Source: Acidobacteriota bacterium
GTDB taxonomy: Bacteria; Acidobacteriota; Terriglobia; Terriglobales; SCQP01
Length of the DNA: 62,714 bases
Reading direction: 5' to 3'
NCBI GenBank assembly: GCA_021826505.1
Contig: JAKAZV010000004.1
Location: 1 to 62,714, forward strand
The notes beneath the pieces are model-generated. The model searched no databases, had not been told where the DNA came from, and saw only the letters and a list, made by a program, of their open reading frames with translations. Shown one piece after another: positions 33,001-41,499 of this stretch (positions are counted from its first letter, which is position 1; every line of letters starts with the position of its first letter). The translations under genes were made by a program, and so were the position numbers.

Positions 33001-34659
33001 GCGGCCGTAAACGATGGCTTTACCGGCAATCTGGTGGCTGTAGCCGGAGGCGGCGTGACCCAGCCCTCGACCGGCCCTGTTGCCGCCAACCAGATCAAAT
33101 TGACCATCCCGACCCAAATTGCAACTGATAGTTCCGGTAACGTTTATATGCTCGACAATAACGGGACCTTGGTTGAAGAATACAACGTCTCAAACGGGAC
33201 CATCAGCGTCATTGCCGGCTGCGGCCAGAGCTGCAGCGGCTCGCCCACGGCCAGCCCTCAACCGGCCACTTCCATCAGCCTATGGAATTCAGTCAGCGGC
33301 AACGGGGCGACAGGCATCCTGGTGGACAGCGCTGACGGCCTTCTCGCCATTGCCGATAATGCCCACAATACCGTGGATGTAGTTGCATTGAGCAACGATC
33401 AAATGGTTGCCTATGCCGGCTGCATCGTAAATACCACCAACTGCAACAATCCCGGCGCCACACCAGCTCCGGCGGATAACGTCAGTTTTCAATCGGTGAA
33501 TGGAATCGCCCTGGATGGCAACGGCAACCTCTATATAGCCGACGCCATTGGCAACGTGGTGGATGTGGTCAATACCAGCCTTACTACCCCGACGATCCAA
33601 ATTGCGGTTGGCGGGGGTCAGGCGTCGCTGAGCAACAGTCCGCAACCGGCCACTTCAGTCGCCCTGGGCAATCCCAGCGACATCACGGTGGACGGCGCGG
33701 GTAATCTGTACATCGCCACCAGTCTGGTGAATAACGTGGAGGTCAGCAAATACAACCCCACCAACCAGCAAGTCCAAATCTGGGCCGGGGATGGCTCTGT
33801 GGTCGGCAATCCTGCTTCCGCCACCCCCCAGCCAGCCACGGCGGTCGGGATGAATCCCGCGGGCCTGGCCACTGACACGCAGGGTGATCTGTACATTTCC
33901 AGCACTAACGATGTGACGCCGACCGCCAACCAGGTTTTCCGCGTGGATTCCAGCGATCAATTAACGCTCCTGGCCGGCGGCGGCCCATCGCCCACGAGTT
34001 ATACCCCGCAGCCGGCGACCAACACGGATATCAAAGCCGTCGGCCTGGCGGAGGATGCCAACGGCAATCTCTATCTCGCCGATATCGCCAACCAGATGCT
34101 GGCGGAGATGCCGAGCTCGAACCCGCCACCGGCCAAGCCCGATTTCAGCCTGACGGCCACCACGAGTTCGGCCAGTATCAATGCCGGCACTACGGCCACT
34201 TACAGCCTGACGGTATCGCCGGTCAATGGGTTCAGCGGCAGCGTGAATTTAGCCTGCAGCGGCGCACCCAGCCTGGCCACGTGCAGCATTTCTCCCGCCA
34301 CCGCGACGCTCAGCGGCAGCAATGTCACAGCCACCGTGAGCGTCGCCACCACAGCCGCTTCATTTACGCCGTTGTGGACTCCGCCGTCCACGGGCCAGCC
34401 GTTCCTGCCGCTGATTTACTACGGTTTTTCGCTTGCGGCAAGCCTGGCATTATTCCTGTTCAGGAGAAAATGGGCTCGCCTGGCGGGAATCGGAGTCTTA
34501 CTCGCCGCCAGCATCGCCTGCGGCGGCGGCTCCAGTCCCGCGCCCAGTCCTTCTCCGTCCAGCAATCCGGGCACACCGGCGGGCACGTATACCCTGACGG
34601 TCACCGGAACTTCGGGGAGCCTGAGTCACTCCACCAGCCTGACGTTAACCGTGAACTGA
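30055..34659 (+). CDS. Large exported protein: BNR/VPS10-like propellers, Ig-like domain, NHL-like repeats, C-terminal TM-split Ig-like domain
   Basis: Signal peptide; Asp-box repeats S.DGG.TW; HTDQHA..GNDGG, GGAQDNG; DGNGNLYIAD repeats; C-terminal hydrophobic hairpin. Confidence 0.8.
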   Translation: MKKQTLVTVYAMICWLGITGLGQKSAPHRLNPHVMPKVERLRQQAALWSIHERTIDHMPPAWHRLRAVREARHLPYVIRPAQRRLYSSGPAEATAWTFQGPQPISTFQAGESFGDDGNVSGIVSAIAVDLTNDPTGNTVYVGTTYGGVWKTINALSANPSFTPISDATQTLDVGAIALGPDNAQGQPMLYVGTGKWIQDTYQGMGVLESSDGGSTWTLISSADNGAEQFAGLSVTRILVDPSNTQIVLMATAYSIDSLPGQAQGPNAGLNNIAGVYRSTDGGKTWSKVLYNPDCTDMAYDASTHTYYAALTGNGIYASADQGQTWTLLADPLANGTTISNSNFFAVSLAAQNGKIYALIANPQDSIGNLSAPTPCSNPGAANLSGCDTGLVVSANGGQSWTPLPVPTQDSDGYTDANALFCEPGTNGADCQGDYDQAIALTPDGNTLLIAGIDDWALNLGTQTYSQITNGYAKLSGEVHTDQHAIAVVSNSTWYVGNDGGVWVTSDAGGVSNSTPGQSSDWADLNATLGVTTFYSVAQVENIANNPIPAGGAQDNGTDYAGANTSWQQEEGGDGGFTVSDPNNRQEFLFEEDGGGAVGLNATATSTQMDYYSPIVDKKTITDWATASGAGSLVFPYQFVPSNSTQLVLASGCRVWTGPDAQNPTQTPAPGWMVISNDLTTSNTEADCNNSQGILLALAVAPSSPATIYAGALNGKLWVTSNATCVSASPACSLPTWTEINAGLPAGTPISTIAVNPTQPQTVLVSLWGYGTGHVFLSTNGGTSWTDISGSVGNGGLPDAPVNGVVLDPNNSNVIYATTDVGVFVATDGGAGGAGEQWQQLGPKLPDCPVMQLQFSLDGKTLIAASFGRGAWTIPALGASSSGSNTPDFSLSLSLATQTIPAGTGASLTVTTSAINGDTHNITLSCTAPASGCTFNPASVAPGASSTLTISSGSLIAGSNTVSVSGTDGTNTHSASATVTVSAAAVNDGFTGNLVAVAGGGVTQPSTGPVAANQIKLTIPTQIATDSSGNVYMLDNNGTLVEEYNVSNGTISVIAGCGQSCSGSPTASPQPATSISLWNSVSGNGATGILVDSADGLLAIADNAHNTVDVVALSNDQMVAYAGCIVNTTNCNNPGATPAPADNVSFQSVNGIALDGNGNLYIADAIGNVVDVVNTSLTTPTIQIAVGGGQASLSNSPQPATSVALGNPSDITVDGAGNLYIATSLVNNVEVSKYNPTNQQVQIWAGDGSVVGNPASATPQPATAVGMNPAGLATDTQGDLYISSTNDVTPTANQVFRVDSSDQLTLLAGGGPSPTSYTPQPATNTDIKAVGLAEDANGNLYLADIANQMLAEMPSSNPPPAKPDFSLTATTSSASINAGTTATYSLTVSPVNGFSGSVNLACSGAPSLATCSISPATATLSGSNVTATVSVATTAASFTPLWTPPSTGQPFLPLIYYGFSLAASLALFLFRRKWARLAGIGVLLAASIACGGGSSPAPSPSPSSNPGTPAGTYTLTVTGTSGSLSHSTSLTLTVN

Positions 34660-34668
34660 GGCGGAAAC

Positions 34669-36219
34669 ATGTTTTGGAGTGCGACAAGCCACGCAATCAC
34701 GCGGAGATGGGCGGTGATAGCCGCTCCATTCATATGGATGGGCGCGGCGTGGGCGCAAAGCTATCTGGGAGTGCGGGTGCGCCCCTTGCCGGTCAATCCA
34801 AATCGCCCCTCCCGCCTGCTTGTCTTACAGATTGAACCGGGCTCACCGGCAGCGCGAGCAGGGCTGCATGCAGACGATGTCATCGTGAGAATCGCCGGGG
34901 GGCCGGCCCGCCTGCGAAGGCTCCAGGCACAGGAGAAAGCCCCGGCCCATATGCTGCTTCTGCAGCTGACTCATGGCCGCGCGATTCAGGCGCAAACGAT
35001 CGCCCTTGCTGACTGGTGGCGCACTTTAAAAAAAAGGGCGGCGCACGGCCAGGCAGCAGCCATGGGTGAATTGGGAATCGAGATGGTGGCCCATCACCAG
35101 AACCGGGCCGGACTGACCTGGCTGCGCCTGGCCGCCCAGCGGCACGATGCCCCGGCGGAAACCTTGCTCAGCCTCTATAAAATGCGCTTCGCGCATCCCC
35201 CGCAAATCGCAGCCGGACTGCGTCTGGCCCGTCAGGCGGCGGCACAAAAGTACGCACCGGGAGAGTTCTGGCTGGGGCTTTTACGACAAACCACGGTGGC
35301 CGGCCCCATCAACTATATCCGGGCTCATGAATGGTTTCTGCGCGCAGCGGCGCACAACAGCGCCGGCGCGAACTACCAATTAGGAGAGCTGAATTACTAC
35401 GGACGCGGCCAGCCGCGAAATTATAAATCAGCCGCCTCCTGGTACCGCAAAGCCGCCGTCCGCGGCTGGCCAGCCGCGGAATACCGCCTGGGGTATATGC
35501 GCTGGCATGGCCTGGGCATGCGGCAAAATTTCACCCGCGCGCTCTATTGGCTCAACAATGCGGCGCAGCAGGGACACGCGCCCGCCGCTTTTTTATTGGG
35601 CCTGCTTTACAGCACCGGGCATGGGACGCGAAAAAATCCCGCCCTGGCGGCACGCTGGTTTCGCCTGGCCGCGCACCATGGCCTCGCGCCCGCCCAATAT
35701 CTGCTCGGCATGGATTATGAAACCGGCTGGGGCATCACGCAAAATCCCGCGCGCGCGGCTTATTGGGATGCCAAAGCCGCGGCCCAGGGCTACGCTCCGG
35801 CGCGAAAGGCTCTGACGCGCGTGCAGGCCTATTTACGGGCAGCTCGCTCGCAAGCTTCTTCCCGGGGGAATACCCAGCCGGCGCACACCGGCGGCATTCT
35901 GCGGGGCAAATATTTTCACATGCTCGGCCCTACTACCACCGAGATTTTCCATTTCCATGCCGATGGCACCTATTCCCGCCTGCGCATCATCGTGAACGCC
36001 GGTTTTAGCTCGCGCCAGCGCATTCTGGGAATTTACCGCATCCAGGGCAACCAGATCACTTTACATTTTCAACAGGCTCAAACCGCTACCCTGACCGGCC
36101 GCAGCGCCACGGCGGGCCAAAATGCCTACGCGGGCCAGCAAACATGTAAATTCAAACTTTTACCCCCCGGCCGAGGGCTGAATATTTGCGGTGTCCACCT
36201 AGATGTCTATCATTTTTAA
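34669..36219 (+). CDS. Exported PDZ + Sel1-like repeat protein
   Basis: Signal peptide AWA-Q, YLGV..PGSPAARAGL..DVIV PDZ, repeated W..AA..G...A...LG Sel1 units. Confidence 0.8.
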   Translation: MFWSATSHAITRRWAVIAAPFIWMGAAWAQSYLGVRVRPLPVNPNRPSRLLVLQIEPGSPAARAGLHADDVIVRIAGGPARLRRLQAQEKAPAHMLLLQLTHGRAIQAQTIALADWWRTLKKRAAHGQAAAMGELGIEMVAHHQNRAGLTWLRLAAQRHDAPAETLLSLYKMRFAHPPQIAAGLRLARQAAAQKYAPGEFWLGLLRQTTVAGPINYIRAHEWFLRAAAHNSAGANYQLGELNYYGRGQPRNYKSAASWYRKAAVRGWPAAEYRLGYMRWHGLGMRQNFTRALYWLNNAAQQGHAPAAFLLGLLYSTGHGTRKNPALAARWFRLAAHHGLAPAQYLLGMDYETGWGITQNPARAAYWDAKAAAQGYAPARKALTRVQAYLRAARSQASSRGNTQPAHTGGILRGKYFHMLGPTTTEIFHFHADGTYSRLRIIVNAGFSSRQRILGIYRIQGNQITLHFQQAQTATLTGRSATAGQNAYAGQQTCKFKLLPPGRGLNICGVHLDVYHF

Positions 36220-36250
36220 TGCCGGCATGCAGCTTCAGCCAGAATGCACA

Positions 36251-36327
36251 TGGTGGGCGATATCCGGCTCGAACGGATGACCTTCTGCTTGTAAGGCAGA
36301 CGCTCTAACCAACTGAGCTAATCGCCC
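36251..36327 (-). tRNA. tRNA-Val(UAC)
   Basis: Reverse complement GGGCGAU..UCUGC-CUUACAA-GCAGA..GUUCGAGC..AUCGCCC-ACCA; 77 nt. Confidence 0.97.
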
Positions 36328-36421
36328 GGAGATTCTCATATTGTAACGAAAGGCGAAAAGATGCAAGCCAACATTGGAGCGGAGGCAATCTAGCGTGAAT
36401 TGAGGCGCATACTGAACATAT

Positions 36422-37324
36422 ATGAACGCTGCGGCTGGATTGTGGCGCATGCGCAAAAAATGGCGGCTGGGCTGGATCGGATTGCTGGCGATGTGCCTGT
36501 CGCCGGCATGGGGGCAAAATACGGCGGGCAGCGCCCGCGCCTCCGGGCAAGCGGCGGCAAAGGCTAAAAATTCCAAAGGCAAAAAACACCGGCAGAAGCC
36601 GCGGCGCGCCGACACGCTGGATTTTTGGCAAGGCTGGAAGGGTCTGGGCAGCCTTGGTTATAACCTCAGCACCGGCGATACCCAATCGCTCAACTTAACC
36701 GCCAACCTGGATGCCGAACGCCGCAGCGGACCGCCAAAGCATCCGGACTGGACGACTCATGCGGATGTCATTGCCCTATGGGCGCATTCCTCTAACGCAT
36801 CCGGCGCCGTTATCCGTTCCGACACTTTCACGGGCAGCCTGCGCCAGGACTACCATCTCAACACGCGGCAATTTGTCTATGCCATGGCGCAACTGGAGCA
36901 TATTCAGCCGGAGAGTATCGCGCTGCGCCAGTCCTATGGAGGTGGGGTGGGACAACGTCTGCTCTTTACCCCCCGCGCGCAGTGGAATGCCTTGCTGGGA
37001 GTGGACTGGACCCGCACCCGTTTTACCCCAACGGTGGGACTGCCGGCCGGAACGGCCCTCTTGCGCAACGCGGCGGAAGCTCAGGTGGGAGAAACGCTGA
37101 AAATCAAACTGGCGAATCATCTGCGGCTGGCGCATGAGTTCAGTTATTTCAAAAGCCTGAACCAGGCGGGCGCCCGTTTTGAGACATCCTCGATTCTGGC
37201 GGTTCCGATCAGCCGGCATTTCAATATCAGCTTCAACTTCGATGATTATTATCTAACGCAGCCGTTGCCCGGCCATCATGCCAATAACGCCACATTGTCG
37301 GCCGGCCTGGGCGTTAAATTCTAA
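36422..37324 (+). CDS. DUF481-like outer-membrane beta-barrel protein
   Basis: Signal peptide, W.G...LGY..STGDT, amphipathic strands, C-terminal GLGVKF. Confidence 0.7.
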   Translation: MNAAAGLWRMRKKWRLGWIGLLAMCLSPAWGQNTAGSARASGQAAAKAKNSKGKKHRQKPRRADTLDFWQGWKGLGSLGYNLSTGDTQSLNLTANLDAERRSGPPKHPDWTTHADVIALWAHSSNASGAVIRSDTFTGSLRQDYHLNTRQFVYAMAQLEHIQPESIALRQSYGGGVGQRLLFTPRAQWNALLGVDWTRTRFTPTVGLPAGTALLRNAAEAQVGETLKIKLANHLRLAHEFSYFKSLNQAGARFETSSILAVPISRHFNISFNFDDYYLTQPLPGHHANNATLSAGLGVKF

Positions 37325-37341
37325 TGCCCGCGCGACGGGAA

Positions 37342-38142
37342 TCAAGGATGGCGCGGCGCGAACAAGGCATTAAAATTCTCCGCCAACTGATCGCCCAGCG
37401 CGGGCAGCGCGGCACCGCGCAATTCCGCCAGCTTCGCCCCGGTGAGCGCCACCCAGGCCGGCTCGTTGCGCTTGCCGCGATGCGGAACCGGCGCCAGAAA
37501 TGGGGCGTCGGTTTCGATCAGAATCCGCTCGGCTGGCGCCAGGCGGGCGGCGGCGCGGATATTTTCGGCTTTGGCAAACGTCAGCATGCCGCTGAACGAT
37601 AAATATAAGCCCAGGTCCAAAGCTTCGCGCGCCTCGGTTTCGCTGCCGGCAAAACAATGCATGACGCCCGCGGCCGGCCTCCCGGCGCGCGCGCGCGGCT
37701 CCAGAACCTGGCGCACCTCCGGCCACGCCGCGCGGCAATGAATCGAGACCGGCAGCCCCAGCTCGTCGGCCAAGTCGAGCTGTTGCTCAAAGATCTCGCG
37801 CTGGCAATCGCGGGGGGAAAGATCATAGTGAAAATCGAGTCCGATCTCACCGATGGCCACAACCTCATCCGCCCGCGCCAGTTGGCGCAGTTCGGTCAAG
37901 CTGGCGGCTTCGGCCCGGGCGGCTTCATGGGGGTGAATTCCGACCGCCGCGCACAGGCGGGGCAGGGAACCAGCCGGCTGCCGCCGCGCCAGCCGACAGC
38001 TTCCGTCCAAGGTGCCCGGTGCGGCACCGCCGCCCATGGCGAGAATCGCGTCCACCCCGGCGGCGGCGGCGCGGAGCAGCACGGCCTCAAGATCGTCATG
38101 AAATTCGGCCGCATCCAGGTGGCAGTGAGAGTCTATCCACAT
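37342..38142 (-). CDS. tatD: TatD family nuclease
   Basis: IDSHCHL, GIHPH, IGEIGLD, ETDAPFLAP..RGKRNEP. Confidence 0.95.
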   Translation of the reverse strand: MWIDSHCHLDAAEFHDDLEAVLLRAAAAGVDAILAMGGGAAPGTLDGSCRLARRQPAGSLPRLCAAVGIHPHEAARAEAASLTELRQLARADEVVAIGEIGLDFHYDLSPRDCQREIFEQQLDLADELGLPVSIHCRAAWPEVRQVLEPRARAGRPAAGVMHCFAGSETEAREALDLGLYLSFSGMLTFAKAENIRAAARLAPAERILIETDAPFLAPVPHRGKRNEPAWVALTGAKLAELRGAALPALGDQLAENFNALFAPRHP

Positions 38143-38151
38143 ATAAGAGCA

Positions 38152-38514
38152 CGCTCAGGGATAAGCATCGCATAGCGGCGTTCTCAGAACCTGTCTGATA
38201 AAGCCAGGAGCGGCCTGCCCCGCGGGGATTTGCGGCTTTTCTTTCGCTCGGACCCATTTGCCGGCATAGCCGGCAAATGGGCGCCCCTCCGCAAACTACG
38301 CGGAATTGTTTCGCTGGAAAAGCCGCATCATAGCCCCACCAAGCCACATCGCACCATTTATCAGACAGGTTCTAGTCGCTCAGACATCCTCATGTACACA
38401 AAAACCGGCGCTGTTGAATTTTGAAGAAAATAAGCAAGGGCAGTTCCTATCCACCCCATCCTGCTTCGCAGGACGGGGGCTCCGGGCCTAGCTCTGCTCG
38501 CTTCTCCCTGAGCG
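38152..38514 (+). repeat. Palindromic intergenic repeat, copy 5, interrupted by two insertions
   Basis: Left arm cgctcagggataagcatcgcatagcggcgtt, centre atcctcatgtaca, right arm gctctgctcgcttctccctgagcg. Confidence 0.8.
38186..38373. mobile_element. 188-bp MITE-like element with 17-bp perfect terminal inverted repeats
   Basis: agaacctgtctgataaa (38186-38202) / tttatcagacaggttct (38357-38373); internal 13-bp hairpin 38253-38281; no clean target duplication. Confidence 0.75.
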
Positions 38515-38654
38515 CTCAGCAGCGTTCAACGGCTATCAGGTCCCGGTCCACTGGCTCATGGGCCGCCACTTCGTGAGATTCCGGATGCGGCAGTGCCCCA
38601 TCCCGGGCTTCGTCCATTACAATAAGGTTTACCACCGAGAGGCAAGGTGCGTTC

Positions 38655-39158
38655 ATGGCCCAGGAAAATTCCTTCGATATTGTCAGCGAGGTCAACCTGC
38701 AGGAAGTGCTCAACGCCGTGCAGCAGGCCCAGAAAGAAATCCACACCCGCTATGACCTGAAAGACTCGCACAGCTCGATCGAGCTGCAGGAAAAAGACCG
38801 CAAGCTGGCGTTGGCCAGCGCCGATGAATACAAGCTCAAGGCAATCACGGAAGTCCTGCAGCAGAAGCTGGTCAAGCGCGGAGTGCCGCTCAAATCGCTG
38901 AGCTACGGCAAGATCGAGCCAGCCGCCAACGCCACGGTGCGCCAGGAAATCAGCATTCAGCAGGGCATTCCATCGGAAAAGGCCAAGGAAATCGTGCGCG
39001 TAATCAAAGACTCGAAGAAAAAAGTGCAAGCCGCCATTCAGGGCGAAATGGTGCGGGTGAGCGGGCGGGACCGCGACGCGCTGCAGGAAGTGATCGCGCT
39101 GCTGCGCCCGCGCGACTTCGGCATTGACGTGCAGTTCACCAACTACCGTTCGCATTGA
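38655..39158 (+). CDS. yajQ: YajQ family nucleotide/c-di-GMP-binding protein
   Basis: SFDIVSEV, RYDLK, KVQAAIQG..VRVSG..RD.LQ, FTNYR. Confidence 0.93.
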   Translation: MAQENSFDIVSEVNLQEVLNAVQQAQKEIHTRYDLKDSHSSIELQEKDRKLALASADEYKLKAITEVLQQKLVKRGVPLKSLSYGKIEPAANATVRQEISIQQGIPSEKAKEIVRVIKDSKKKVQAAIQGEMVRVSGRDRDALQEVIALLRPRDFGIDVQFTNYRSH

Positions 39159-39182
39159 TTTCCCCTTTCGCCCAAACACTCC

Positions 39183-40187
39183 ATGACGCAGCCTCAGCTA
39201 GCCGAACCCGCCGCGCCGCCCGCCAGCGGCTGGGAATTGGTGCGTCCGGGCCTGGGCGCGGTGGAGCGGCAACTGGAGCGGGAAGGCATGGGCCATGCCG
39301 AGGCGTTGGCCGCCATCGCCAACGAATTGCGCCAGGCGGGCGGCAAGCGCCTGCGGCCGGCGCTGCTGCTATTGGCCGCCGGCGCCTGCGGCGCGCCGGA
39401 CAGCGAACAGGCGGTGCGGCTGGGCGCCATCATCGAGATGCTGCATGCCGCCACGCTGGTGCATGACGATATTCTCGATGGCGCCGGCCTGCGCCGCGGC
39501 CAGCCGTCAGCGCCGGCACGCTGGGGCGCGCAAAACGCGGTGCTGGCGGGTGACTGGCTGTACATGCGCGCCTTCGAGCGCGCGCTGGCCGAGCGCGACC
39601 TGGAAATTCTGGAGCTGCTGATTTCGCTGACCCGCGGCATGGTGGAGGGCGAACTGCTGCAGTTGGAACTGGTGGGGCGCCTGGTCGCGCCCGAGCAGCA
39701 TCGCGAGCTGATCGAGCGCAAAACCGCGCGCCTGTTCGCAGTCGCGGCGCAATTAGGCGCCATGGCCGCGCGCGCATCCATCGCCTGGCAACTGGCATTG
39801 GCCAGCTTTGGCCATCATCTCGGCATGGCCTTTCAGATGGTGGACGATCTGCTCGACTTTACCGCGCGTCCGGAAGTGCTGGGCAAGCCCGCGGGGCTCG
39901 ATATCTTCAGCGGAAAAATGACGCTGGCCGCGATCTATGCCCATGCCGAGAGCAATGAAGCCGAGCGTGGATATTGGCGGGACCTGCTGCGCCCGGCATC
40001 GGAAAAGCCGCACAATCTGACGGAGGTGCGCGCCTTGCTAGAGCGCCGGCAAGGGCTGGCGCGAGCCCGCGCGGAAGCCGCGGCGGAAGCGGAAAAAGCC
40101 GCAGAGCAACTGCGACTGCTGCCGGATTCAGCGTATCGCCGGGCGCTTGAGCGGTTACCCGCCTGGGTACTGGCCCGACAAGCTTAA
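39183..40187 (+). CDS. Trans-polyprenyl diphosphate synthase (IspB/HepT-like)
   Basis: GGKRLRP, HDDILD (FARM), FQMVDDLLD (SARM). Confidence 0.9.
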   Translation: MTQPQLAEPAAPPASGWELVRPGLGAVERQLEREGMGHAEALAAIANELRQAGGKRLRPALLLLAAGACGAPDSEQAVRLGAIIEMLHAATLVHDDILDGAGLRRGQPSAPARWGAQNAVLAGDWLYMRAFERALAERDLEILELLISLTRGMVEGELLQLELVGRLVAPEQHRELIERKTARLFAVAAQLGAMAARASIAWQLALASFGHHLGMAFQMVDDLLDFTARPEVLGKPAGLDIFSGKMTLAAIYAHAESNEAERGYWRDLLRPASEKPHNLTEVRALLERRQGLARARAEAAAEAEKAAEQLRLLPDSAYRRALERLPAWVLARQA

Positions 40188-40196
40188 AAAAGATTA

Positions 40197-40226
40197 CGCT
40201 CAGGGATAAGCGTCGCAGAGCGGCGT
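40197..40226 (+). repeat. Palindromic intergenic repeat, copy 6 (left 30-bp remnant)
   Basis: cgctcagggataagcgtcgcagagcggcgt matches the left arm of the other copies. Confidence 0.75.
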
Positions 40227-40261
40227 GCCACCGCTAAACGACCCTTTACGTCCGCCTTCCC

Positions 40262-40798
40262 ATGCCGCGCAGCCATCTGGAAAACGAAATCAAGCTGGCC
40301 ATTTTGCAACCTGCCCGGCTGCGGCAGCGGCTGCGCGCGCTGGGTTATGAAATCAAATCGCCGCGACGACGGGAGTTGAACTGGATCTATGATGATGCGG
40401 CGGGACATTGGAGCCGCCAGGGCCGCTTGCTGCGTCTGCGCCATTATGGCGGCCGCTGGCTGCTGACCGCTAAAGGCCCGCTTCTGCCCGGGGCGCATAA
40501 AACCCGGCGCGAAGCGCAGATGGAATTGCCGGAGGGCCGGTCATTTCGGGCATTGGCCGAAACCCTCGGTTTAAAGGCGGTGATCCGCTATGAAAAATAC
40601 CGCGCCCTCTGGCGCCATCCCCGGATCGCGGGTGAAATCGCCTGGGACGAGACCGCGGCCGGAGATTTTCTGGAATTAGAGGGCACGCCGTCATGGGTCA
40701 ACCGAACTGCCCGCGCCCTCGGCTATACGCCGGGCGATTACATTGGAAAAAGTTACCTTGAATTGCTGCATGCCACGGTTAAGACATCGCCAGAATGA
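40262..40798 (+). CDS. CYTH-domain protein (class IV adenylate cyclase/triphosphatase family)
   Basis: ENEIK (ExExK), LRLR, LTAKGP, YEKYR, FLELEG, SYLEL. Confidence 0.88.
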   Translation: MPRSHLENEIKLAILQPARLRQRLRALGYEIKSPRRRELNWIYDDAAGHWSRQGRLLRLRHYGGRWLLTAKGPLLPGAHKTRREAQMELPEGRSFRALAETLGLKAVIRYEKYRALWRHPRIAGEIAWDETAAGDFLELEGTPSWVNRTARALGYTPGDYIGKSYLELLHATVKTSPE

Positions 40799-40840
40799 AA
40801 GCGCTTCAGGCATAATTGCGGCAGACATGGTGTCCCTATC

Positions 40841-41428
40841 ATGAGTTCGATCAACCGAGCCGCGGGCGAGATTCATTGCAAGCTGGTTTATTACGGTCCC
40901 GGTCTGGGCGGGAAGACCAGCAACCTGCAGTATCTCTACAGCCAACTGCCGCCGGAACGGCGCAGCCAGATGATTTCCCTGGCCACGGAGGGCGATCGCA
41001 CCCTGTTTTTCGATTTTCTGCCCCTGGAACTGGGCCAGGTGCGCGGCTTTCGCACCCGCCTGCATTTGTACACCGTGCCCGGCCAGGTGTTTTATAAATC
41101 CAGCCGGCTGATGATCCTGCGCAATACCGACGGCATCTGCTTTGTCGCCGACAGCCAGCCCGAGCGCCAGGAGGCCAATCTGGAGGCGCTGGCCGATCTC
41201 GAATCCAACCTGAGCGAATTGGGGCAAAAGCTGGCCGATCTGCCCTACGTGCTGCAGTTGAATAAACGCGATCTACCCACGGCCTTGCCTGTGGAAGAGC
41301 TGACGGCGAATTTGCGCCGCGGCCAGGAACCGGTGATCTCCGCCTGCGCCGCTAACGGCGAAGGGGTGGCGGAGACGCTGCAGGAGTTGGCCCGGAGGGT
41401 GCTGGCGCGGCTGGCCGCAACAGGGTAA
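40841..41428 (+). CDS. mglA: MglA-family small GTPase
   Basis: KLVYYGPGLGGKTSNL, DRTLFFD, TVPGQVFY, NKRD. Confidence 0.92.
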   Translation: MSSINRAAGEIHCKLVYYGPGLGGKTSNLQYLYSQLPPERRSQMISLATEGDRTLFFDFLPLELGQVRGFRTRLHLYTVPGQVFYKSSRLMILRNTDGICFVADSQPERQEANLEALADLESNLSELGQKLADLPYVLQLNKRDLPTALPVEELTANLRRGQEPVISACAANGEGVAETLQELARRVLARLAATG

Positions 41429-41499
41429 TTACTGACAGGGCCTGTCACTCAGCCAGTGCGTCATCCTGAGCATTCTCATACTCGAACCTTCTCGCGATT

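Larger units (their letters stand above)
24679..36250. other. Putative genomic island between tRNA-Asp and tRNA-Val
   Basis: Visibly more A/T-rich codon usage, only accessory genes, tRNA on each side; no integrase or att repeat seen. Confidence 0.55.

Noticed and set aside
36251-36327. tRNA-Thr(UGU) reading of the tgt on the plus strand
   Set aside because: The gene is on the minus strand; its loop CUUACAA gives anticodon UAC, so it is Val.
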